10,297 bases of DNA from Candidatus Iainarchaeum sp. (GTDB lineage: Archaea > Iainarchaeota > Iainarchaeia > Iainarchaeales > CSSED10-239): NCBI GenBank assembly GCA_003559395.1, contig PWLL01000045.1:1-10297 (forward strand), written 5' to 3'. The notes beneath the pieces were generated by a model. It was given only the letters and a program-made list of their open reading frames with translations. It searched no databases and was not told the DNA's origin. Shown in pieces: positions 1-6,847 of this stretch (positions are counted from its first letter, which is position 1; each line of letters begins with the position of its first letter). A program made the position numbers and the translations under genes.

Positions 1-389
1 AAAGGATTGTTAGAAGTATTTCTGATATATAGTTCTCTATCACTAATGACTTCTGGTCTAATATTAATAACATAGTCACAACTCTTATAATCTCTTTTAA
101 ACTCACCAAAATCAACAAGCTCTCTAGTTGTGAAAACTTGACTAAAGTTTAAAACAACAACAATCAAAACAACAGCAACCACTATTAACAAAATACTCAC
201 AATCAAAACACTTACGCTTTTTTGTATAAAATGTTTTTTTATGTTTTTTAAAAATGATGGTTTACGTTTTCTGATAGTTTTGTTTTGTATTTTAGGTTTT
301 AGTTTAGGTTTTGGTTTTGATTTAGTAACGCTTTTCTTTTTTTGAGTTTTAGAAACTTTCTTAGAAGTTTTTGTATCTTTTAAAGTCAT
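1..389 (-). CDS. Partial CDS (N-terminal part; continues past window start): lysine-rich cytoplasmic tail plus single transmembrane anchor, unknown function
   Basis: Absent from the supplied track because it has no stop in the window. Manual reverse-strand translation from the ATG at 389..387 gives MTLKDTKTSKKVSKTQKKKSVTKSKPKPKLKPKIQNKTIRKRKPSFLKNIKKHFIQKSVSVLIVSILLIVVAVVLIVVVLNFSQVFTTRELVDFGEFKRDYKSCDYVINIRPEVISDRELYIRNTSNNP. There is no stop down to position 1. The K-rich tail is followed by a ~22-residue hydrophobic helix and then a non-repetitive soluble region. It is divergent from the 589 gene. Confidence 0.5.
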   Translation of the reverse strand, partial: MTLKDTKTSKKVSKTQKKKSVTKSKPKPKLKPKIQNKTIRKRKPSFLKNIKKHFIQKSVSVLIVSILLIVVAVVLIVVVLNFSQVFTTRELVDFGEFKRDYKSCDYVINIRPEVISDRELYIRNTSNNP

Positions 390-588
390 ATTATCACATA
401 TTAGAAATAAAATTCTAATATTATATAAATATTAGTAGATGTATAGGTATATATTCTTTTTCATTTACAATTTATCTTAAAAAAACTAATAAAAAAAGGA
501 AAAAATATTTTCTATATAAGAAAACAAAGATTTATAATAATAAACAAAGATAAGATTATATATAAAAACAAATAAAATTAATGAAAAT

Positions 589-1890
589 ATGATAAAATTA
601 TTTAAAAGAAAAAAACATAGTCTTAAAGAAAAAACGCACAAACACCCACTAAAAAAAATAGTAACAAAAGAAGAAATAGAAAAAAGAAAACAAGCAATAA
701 AAAAAGCAGCAATTACTGGAGAAGTAAATAAAAAAAAACTGCCTCTTGAACAAAGAGTATATTTTTTACTAAAAACAATAAATGAAAATAAAACTGTTTT
801 AAATAAAGAATTGTTTACGCGATCACAAAGAGAACTAAAAAATGATTTGAAAAAAGCACTTATGCAATCAATTATTGAAAATCCAGAATATACTATTAAA
901 AAAATAGAACCGAATTTTGTGAAAATGCTTGGTTTTATAGAAGCAGAAGATCTATTAAAATCAAATGTAAACCCTTATAGATTATCTAAAGCACTTGGAA
1001 AAAACATAGGTACTTTCTTTGATGTGTTTATTAATAAAAAAGACCTGACAAGACAATATTGGATACTGTGGCCTGACAAGATTCCTGAAATACTTGGAAA
1101 AAATTTAATTCCGTTTGTAAAAGGAATGGGCAAAAATAAAAAAGAATTTATTAGTGCGTTTGGTGCAAATCTCACTTTCTTTGATTATGCTTTAGATGTA
1201 GAACATTTGCGTTCTTCTTTCTTAGAAACTTTAAGTAAAGAAGAAAGAAGTTATTATCTTAAAAAACTAAAATTTTCTAGATCTTTACAAAGTATAAGAA
1301 CAACTGCTTTTTTATCCAAATATGAGCAAAAACAAATTGTTGAAAATTTAGTAAGAATCTCAAGAAGCATTATTAAAAATGACGTGCAAGTTTTGGTTGC
1401 GCTTGATAAGTCTGGAAGATATGTTGGACGAATGGTGAAAGATGCAATCTTTCAAAAAACAGGAAAATCTATACCGCTATACTTCATAAATCCTCAAGAA
1501 ATAATAAACGCAAGAAATCCAAAAACAAACAAAAGAATAAAAAATATTTTTGAAAAAGAACATCCGTACCTATCTAAACAAATAAAAAATAAAACGCTAG
1601 CAATAATTGACGAAATCACAATTAATGGTATAACTTTAAGAAAAACAAAAACGTTTTTTAACGAATATAGTCCTAAAAAACTATTGGACTACACACTAGA
1701 AGGTGATTTTTTTAGAGAGCAAAAAAACACCAGTTGGAGAGAACACGGAATACAACATCCTTTTATTGAACAAAAAGATTCTTTGTTAGTTAAAAGAAAA
1801 ATAATAACAGAGGATAAAAACAAGAAAAAACACAAAAAACTAAGAAACAAAATGAGCCACATGGTTGATAGTGCTGCTAAAAAAAGATAA
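589..1890 (+). CDS. Lysine-rich hypothetical protein with a C-terminal type I phosphoribosyltransferase (PRT)-like domain
   Basis: This is a 433-aa ORF, by far the longest in the region. The C-terminal third has the PRT fold signature pattern: VLVALDKSGRYVGRMVKDAI resembles the hhhhh-x-RGG loop region, and KTLAIIDEITINGITL resembles the hhhhDD-x-x-x-TG-x-T PRPP loop but is degenerate (DE..NG.T). The N-terminal ~260 aa have no motif I recognise. A TATA-like ttatatataaaaa lies ~25 nt upstream of the ATG and there is no SD. Confidence 0.6.
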   Translation: MIKLFKRKKHSLKEKTHKHPLKKIVTKEEIEKRKQAIKKAAITGEVNKKKLPLEQRVYFLLKTINENKTVLNKELFTRSQRELKNDLKKALMQSIIENPEYTIKKIEPNFVKMLGFIEAEDLLKSNVNPYRLSKALGKNIGTFFDVFINKKDLTRQYWILWPDKIPEILGKNLIPFVKGMGKNKKEFISAFGANLTFFDYALDVEHLRSSFLETLSKEERSYYLKKLKFSRSLQSIRTTAFLSKYEQKQIVENLVRISRSIIKNDVQVLVALDKSGRYVGRMVKDAIFQKTGKSIPLYFINPQEIINARNPKTNKRIKNIFEKEHPYLSKQIKNKTLAIIDEITINGITLRKTKTFFNEYSPKKLLDYTLEGDFFREQKNTSWREHGIQHPFIEQKDSLLVKRKIITEDKNKKKHKKLRNKMSHMVDSAAKKR

Positions 1891-2282
1891 TAAAATGTTT
1901 TTTTCATATTTAAAGAAAGTGGTTATTTTTTTTAAATTTGTGTATTTTAAAGTATAGTTGTTTATTTGATATTCTTTTGAAACTTTGTTATTTATAACAT
2001 ATATTGTAAAAGGCTCATACTCTAAAGCCTGATAAAAATAAAGAGCAGAAGTAAGTGCAATATATTCTGTAGGTAACTTACATGCAATTGAGTATATTTC
2101 ATCTATAGAATATTCTTTTGCTAAAAGATATTTTGATTTTTCTAGCTTTATAAAATATTTTTTTTATAGAGAGAGATAACTATTTCGTTTATTTTTTGTT
2201 TATTATATTCTGGAAAAAAAGCGTGTAGTGTTTTGTTGGTAATAATGGTCGTTGTGTCTTCTAAAGTGTTTATTATTTTCAT
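1840..2282 (-). pseudogene. AbiEi-family (type IV TA antitoxin / wHTH) paralog, frameshifted and C-terminally truncated
   Basis: Manual translation from the ATG at 2282..2280 gives MKIINTLEDTTTIITNKTLHAFFPEYNKQKINEIVISLYKKNIL, ending at a stop at 2148..2150. Another frame continues IKLEKSKYLLAKEYSIDEIYSIACKLPTEYIALTSALYFYQALEYEPFTIYVINNKVSKEYQINNYTLKYTNLKKITTFF. Together these align with the intact AbiEi in this window (PKQRLNEIINSLKNKKYITQLKKGVYEV...YISFLSALRHYDLIDYEPTTIFVATTNKSKEITNKEYLYKYINIKKVF). The frames would join if one base were added in the T8 run at 2158..2165. Homology stops near 1900, where the convergent 589..1890 gene ends. Confidence 0.6.
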
Positions 2283-2517
2283 TTCGGTTTTTGTTAAGGG
2301 GTTTTTTATAAGCATATAACAGACGCAGGTACAATTAACTTTAAATATTTAACCCCTTAAGAAAAAAAATCAAAAAAACAAAATATTTACAAAACTTATA
2401 AAAAAGAACAAGATATACAACACAACCAAACTTACAAAAAAAATAAAAACCTTTAAATAAACATACAACAACTATTTATTTATATAAAATATATTTTAGA
2501 ATAAAAAAAGATTAAAC

Positions 2518-4827
2518 ATGAAGATAGGAAACTACAAAGTAGGAGATTATATTGTTGATGACCATGGAGGTAAAAAGAAATTAATTATTGATTGTAGAAA
2601 TTGTCCATATAATACTTCGCTTGCAGATGATCCTAGATGTAGGTTTCATGTTACTAAGCTTTTAGAAACTATTGATGTTGAAGAAATTATCTTGGCTGAA
2701 GTTTATGAAAGAGTATATGATAAAAAACAAACTAATTATTTTAAAGAAATTGTAAGCTTACTTAATGAGTGGGAAGGAAGAGCAGTCTGGATTGGTTCTC
2801 ATCTTGGTATCAAAGATATTGATTGTGATGAATGTTATACAGAAAGACATAATAACATACTTAAGTTTGCTAGAGATCTTTTAAGCTATGATCCTGTTGC
2901 ATCTTATGTGAGCTTGTTAAAAGAAATAGAAAATAACAAAATAAGACTAGACGAACAAAAAGGACAAAAATGTGAAAAATGCTTTGTAGCAAATCTAAAA
3001 CATCTTAAATCTCTAAAAAACGAATTTGAAGAACTTTCTTTTGTTCAAGAGCTTAAACCGCTTCTTGGAAAAGTAAAAGATATCACTGATCTTAAAGATT
3101 TATATAAAACTATTCTAGAAGTAGAAATAAAACCTTCTTTTATTGGGTCTCAACTTTTGTTTAGTGAGTCTGAAAAACTAGAGTTGTTAGATGAATATAC
3201 TGTCTTAAACACAACCGTACAAATATTTAAACATCCAGAAAAAATAGAACCTGTTTTTTTTGTAAATCCGCCTGAGTATACTTTGTCGCCAGATCATTAT
3301 TTTGTTCTTTCTAAAGCAAAAGAAACTGTTGCAAACTATCAACCAGGAAAAGTAACGTTAACTTCTGGGTCTGGAACAAGAAAGTATTTTCAAAAAATAT
3401 ATAGAAGCACAATAGCTGATATTGCTAGAAGATATTCAATAGATATGTCTCCTGATGACGTGTATATGTTGTCAGAGATTGTGACAAGATATACGATTGG
3501 GTATGGTATTTTGGAAGTTCTTTTGTATGATGCTCAACTAACAGACATATATATTGATTCTCCAATCGGAGGGCGTCCAATATATGTTGTTCATTCAAAA
3601 TACGGACAGTGTCAAACAAATATTCTATATACAGATAGAGAAGCAGAAAGCCTTGTTGGAAAGATGAGAGCCATGTCTGGTAGGCCGTTTGATGATGCAC
3701 ACCCTATACTTGATTTTGATATTGAAGATGTAAACACAAGAGTGTGTGTTATTGGCAAACCTATGGCTGTTGATGGTACTGCTTTTGCATTAAGGATACA
3801 TAAAGATACTCCTTGGACGTTGCCACAGCTTATAAACGTAAAGTCGTTAAATCCTTTAGCTGCAGGCATGATCAGTTTTTTTATAGATAACAATTCTACG
3901 ATCATTGTTGCTGGCTCTAGAGGTGCAGGAAAAACCTCTTTGATGTGTGCGATGATGTTAGAGATTCTTCAAAACTCAAGAATCATTGCTCAAGAAGATA
4001 CGCTTGAGTTGCCAATCTTGTATATGAAGGATATTGGGTTTAATGCTCAAAGACTAAAAACAAGATCAGCAATCGGTGCAGACGAATCTTCTGCAGAAGT
4101 AAAGCCAGAAGATGCGTTAAGAACAGCTTTAAGGCTTGGTGATTCTGCAATCATTGTTGGAGAGGTAAGAAGTGTTGAAGCTAAGGTTCTTTATGAAGCT
4201 ATGAGAGTTGGCGCTGCAGGAAACGTTGTTATGGGCACAATTCATGCTGACTCTGCGTATGCTGTATGGGATAGAGTAGTAAATGATCTTGAAGTGCCAA
4301 CTACTTCTTTTAAAGCAACTGATCTTGTGGTTATTTGTAAACCAATTAGGTTTAAGGGGTCTGTTAAAAAACACAGAAGAGTTGTTCAGATAACTGAAGT
4401 TAAAAAACACTGGAATCATGATCCTGAAGCTGAAGGAGGGTTACTTGATCTTATGACCTATAGTGCAAAAAAAGATAATCTTATAATAAACGAAGATGCT
4501 TTAAAGGATTCTGAGTTGTTTAATAAGATTTGTACTTTGTCTGGTATGACTATAGAGGAAGTATGGGACAATATTAGGCTTCTTGCTAACGAGAAAGAGT
4601 ATATTGTTGTTGTTGCAAGAGAAAATAAGTGTTTGAATCTTCTTGAGGCAGAAAACACAGTTTATGCACATAATAAACTATTGTTAATAAAAGAAGATTA
4701 TCTTGAAGATCATGAAAAAATTGATTTTGATGATGTTTTTAAGATTTGGAAGAAGTGGTATAAGGAAGAGTTTGCTCCAAGAGTTATCAAGAAGCATAAA
4801 AATGATAAGGAAGAAGATATTACATAA
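2518..4827 (+). CDS. FlaI/PilB-type (GspE/VirB11 superfamily) secretion or type IV filament assembly ATPase, long form with Cys-rich N-terminal extension
   Basis: 769-aa ORF. The Walker A motif GSRGAGKTS starts at residue 466 (nt 3913). The Asp box is IIAQEDTLEL, Walker B is DSAIIVGEVR and the His box is GTIHADSA. The pre-ATPase block TDIYIDSPIGGRPIYVVHSKYGQCQTNILY and the block RVCVIGKPMAVDGTAFALRIHKDTPWTLPQLI match the archaeal FlaI/PilB N-terminal domain pattern. The N-terminal cysteines are C26, C29, C41, C103, C106, C152 and C155. Confidence 0.85.
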   Translation: MKIGNYKVGDYIVDDHGGKKKLIIDCRNCPYNTSLADDPRCRFHVTKLLETIDVEEIILAEVYERVYDKKQTNYFKEIVSLLNEWEGRAVWIGSHLGIKDIDCDECYTERHNNILKFARDLLSYDPVASYVSLLKEIENNKIRLDEQKGQKCEKCFVANLKHLKSLKNEFEELSFVQELKPLLGKVKDITDLKDLYKTILEVEIKPSFIGSQLLFSESEKLELLDEYTVLNTTVQIFKHPEKIEPVFFVNPPEYTLSPDHYFVLSKAKETVANYQPGKVTLTSGSGTRKYFQKIYRSTIADIARRYSIDMSPDDVYMLSEIVTRYTIGYGILEVLLYDAQLTDIYIDSPIGGRPIYVVHSKYGQCQTNILYTDREAESLVGKMRAMSGRPFDDAHPILDFDIEDVNTRVCVIGKPMAVDGTAFALRIHKDTPWTLPQLINVKSLNPLAAGMISFFIDNNSTIIVAGSRGAGKTSLMCAMMLEILQNSRIIAQEDTLELPILYMKDIGFNAQRLKTRSAIGADESSAEVKPEDALRTALRLGDSAIIVGEVRSVEAKVLYEAMRVGAAGNVVMGTIHADSAYAVWDRVVNDLEVPTTSFKATDLVVICKPIRFKGSVKKHRRVVQITEVKKHWNHDPEAEGGLLDLMTYSAKKDNLIINEDALKDSELFNKICTLSGMTIEEVWDNIRLLANEKEYIVVVARENKCLNLLEAENTVYAHNKLLLIKEDYLEDHEKIDFDDVFKIWKKWYKEEFAPRVIKKHKNDKEEDIT

Positions 4828-5397
4828 TTATTTGTTTAAATCAATTTTATCGCATGCAAGCAACAATTTTTTCCAACAATCGTATATTTCTTTTAAATCT
4901 TCTTTTATTTCTGGAAAAAAAGAAAGATCTCTATAGTCTCTTTCTAGTTTTCCTAGAAAGTCTACTTTTTTTTGTGTATATTTGTTATCTTTAAGCATAT
5001 CTATATAAAAATAATCAATAAAATGTGAAGCAGAATCAACAAAAACCATGGTCTTTGCTTCAAGGGTTTCTGGTAAAACATCTCTACATCTGTGTGCTCT
5101 TACACAATGTAGAACTTTGGCTTTTTTTTCTTCAGGATATTTTTCACTTGTTAAAAACTCGTTGGCTTTTTTTTCACTAATGATGGCGTGGTCTTTTTTT
5201 AAGTGTGAGTAGTGTCCAATATCGTGCAACCAGACTGATAACAGTACGATTTCTTGGTTTATTTTAGGATATCTTTTAAACATGTATTTTGCCCATCTTT
5301 CTGCACCTAAAATGTGTGGTTCTAAAATATAAGGGTCATGTCCAAATTCGTTTTTTGTTTTTAAAAAAAATTCTTTTGCTTTTTCTAGAATATACAT
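4828..5397 (-). CDS. HD-domain metal-dependent phosphohydrolase
   Basis: 189-aa ORF with the H...HD signature (PHILGAERWA ... VWLHDIGHY), followed by DHAIIS and VRAHRC, which are typical downstream His/Asp ligand positions of small HD hydrolases. Its stop codon directly abuts the stop of the convergent ATPase gene. Confidence 0.8.
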   Translation of the reverse strand: MYILEKAKEFFLKTKNEFGHDPYILEPHILGAERWAKYMFKRYPKINQEIVLLSVWLHDIGHYSHLKKDHAIISEKKANEFLTSEKYPEEKKAKVLHCVRAHRCRDVLPETLEAKTMVFVDSASHFIDYFYIDMLKDNKYTQKKVDFLGKLERDYRDLSFFPEIKEDLKEIYDCWKKLLLACDKIDLNK

Positions 5398-5481
5398 TTT
5401 TAAAACCGTTTATATTGTTTTTAAAAAAAGAACAAGTATTTTCTCTTTTTAGAGTTGTTTATACTAAATATCTTTAGTTTA

Positions 5482-5526
5482 TTTGTTTTTTTAAATATAT
5501 GTTTGTTTTAGATATATATAAAACAA
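5482..5526. repeat. Direct repeat A, copy 1 (45 bp), partner at 8092..8137
   Basis: tttgtttttttaaatatatgtttgttttagatatatataaaacaa is identical to 8092..8137 except for one extra A in the second copy. It contains gtttta-gatatata-taaaac, a 6-bp-arm inverted repeat. Confidence 0.85.
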
Positions 5527-5993
5527 AGGGTTGTTTTCTTGTAAGTTGTTTTTTTCTTTGTGTTTTGTTTTAAACAGAAGAAGAGGTTATAAAGAAAAGG
5601 CCATGTCTGCTAAACGTAAAATAGTTTTAATTTTAGCAGGGGTAAAAAAAGAACAAAAAGTAGAGATTTCTTTCATTATTAAGATGTTTTTATTTTTAAA
5701 GAAATATTTGTTTCTTTTGTTAAAATAAATAGAGCTTTTTCTAAATTTGTTTTTGATTTGTTTTCTTTTGAGAGAACATTTATAACATTTAATAAAAAGG
5801 CTTGTCTTTTAAATAACATTTTTTTCTTTTTTTATATTTATTTATTTATTTTTGTTAATTGTACTTAATAATAGACAGCATATAATTTATAAACGTATTT
5901 TTTTGTATTTATAAGCAAAAAATTCCTTTTTTCTTACACTTGTGTTTTTTATAAAAATCTCATTTTTTAAGAAATATAATTTATAACCGCTAC

Positions 5994-6220
5994 ACATATA
6001 TTATACACTTCAAAAAGGGTGTTCATTTTGGAAGGGGTAATGCCCAGTGCAAAGTAGATTATAAGACTACAATTTATATCTTTTCTAAAAAATCTTTCAA
6101 ACAATTTAACAATCCAAAAAACAACTGTCTTTTTGATTTTGGAATATAGTGATTTATTGAATTTTCTAGATATTTTAATTGTTTTTTATCTTCTAACAAC
6201 AAGTTTATTTTTTTTATAGT
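5994..6220. repeat. Direct repeat B, copy 1 (~227 bp): 74-bp non-coding element plus the 3' end of intact abiEii; partner at 7833..8059
   Basis: A manual colinear alignment at a constant offset of 1839 bp shows no indels and roughly 20 mismatches. In 5994..6067 versus 7833..7906, 72 of 74 positions are identical. Confidence 0.9.
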
Positions 6221-6847
6221 TTCTTTTATTAAGTTTGTTTTGTTTTTTGTATTATATTTACTGATTGTTTTTTTTAAAGATTCTTGATCATATTCTTCAT
6301 TAAATAAATAATAAAGATCATACGCATCTTTTCCATCAATTCTATTAATAAACGCACATAACTTTTGAACAATAAGCTCTTCTTTTGAATATATCGGATA
6401 TAAAGAGCTTGAAAAAGGAACAAAGCCATAGTCAATAATTTTTAAACTAGGTTTTTTAAAAATTTGTTCACTAACGACATGAAATTCAAGCTTTATTTTA
6501 TCTTTTTGTAAACCTGCAAAATAAACATCAAACCTGATTGTATTATTCATGATTCTTGGTTTTTGAACATCGTATCCTTTTAGTTGTTTTATTAATAAGG
6601 AATATATTTCTTTTTTAATATCATTTATTGCTTTGGTTGAATAGATATCAAAAACAATATCTTCTGAAAATCGTCTATTATTTTTAGAAATATAAACTCT
6701 ATTAATTCCTGTTCCACCTTTTAAGATAATGTTTTTTATCTTTGATTCTAATATTTTTAATATTTTTGAAATTTCAAGATCTTTAACAACATAGTTTAAT
6801 GACAATTCTGTACTTACAGATAATTTTCTTACATCTTCAACATTCAT
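6074..6847 (-). CDS. abiEii: AbiEii/AbiGii-family nucleotidyltransferase toxin (type IV toxin-antitoxin / abortive infection)
   Basis: 257-aa ORF. LKGGTGINRVY...RRFSEDIVFD matches the family N-terminal NTase motifs (hGG and R-x-S-E-D). QKLCAFINRIDGKDAYDLYYL matches the family C-terminal K-L-x-A-x-x-x-R ... D-x-Y-D-L motif. Its ATG directly abuts the upstream abiEi stop (TGAATG at 6845..6850), and a GGTGG-like stretch lies ~8 nt upstream. Confidence 0.8.
   Translation of the reverse strand: MNVEDVRKLSVSTELSLNYVVKDLEISKILKILESKIKNIILKGGTGINRVYISKNNRRFSEDIVFDIYSTKAINDIKKEIYSLLIKQLKGYDVQKPRIMNNTIRFDVYFAGLQKDKIKLEFHVVSEQIFKKPSLKIIDYGFVPFSSSLYPIYSKEELIVQKLCAFINRIDGKDAYDLYYLFNEEYDQESLKKTISKYNTKNKTNLIKETIKKINLLLEDKKQLKYLENSINHYIPKSKRQLFFGLLNCLKDFLEKI

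Noticed and set aside
390-588. TATA-like boxes in the divergent intergenic region, and similar AT boxes upstream of 2518 and 8186
   Set aside because: The whole window is so AT-rich that TATA-like strings occur everywhere. They are mentioned as context only and are not called as promoters.
975-1175. 66-aa minus-strand ORF inside the 589..1890 gene
   Set aside because: It is fully antisense to a much longer ORF. Its composition is hydrophobic and low-complexity, typical of the reverse frame of a Lys-rich AT-rich gene, and it has no motif.
1689-1907. 72-aa minus-strand ORF (MKKTFYYLFLAAL...)
   Set aside because: It is antisense to the 3' end of the 433-aa gene, and its F/L/S-rich sequence is the translation of poly-T-rich antisense. 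The homologous AbiEi-like reading is in a different frame.
3425-3905. Two minus-strand ORFs (91 and 97 aa) inside the ATPase gene
   Set aside because: They are embedded antisense to a gene with unambiguous conserved motifs. They have no start context or motifs.
4129-4658. Two minus-strand ORFs (96 and 66 aa) inside the ATPase gene
   Set aside because: The reason is the same: they are antisense shadows of a well-supported CDS.
4703-4936. 77-aa plus-strand ORF spanning the ATPase/HD junction
   Set aside because: It overlaps the ATPase 3' end out of frame, then runs antisense into the HD gene. Neither half has support.
5289-5477. 62-aa plus-strand ORF
   Set aside because: It is mostly antisense to the HD gene 5' end, and the remainder is T-rich intergenic DNA.
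5531-5728. 65-aa plus-strand ORF (MFSCKLFFSLCF...)
   Set aside because: It begins at a non-ATG codon and is largely a translation of T-runs. Only the internal 41-codon ATG ORF is mentioned, as a possible stub under findings, and it is not called as a gene.
6030-6067. Possible tRNA or tRNA 3' fragment serving as an integration target (GC-rich patch ggaaggggtaatgcccagtgc)
   Set aside because: There is no T-arm consensus (GGTTCRAnYC), no acceptor-stem complementarity and no ~72-nt cloverleaf. I saw no tRNA- or rRNA-like GC island anywhere in the window.
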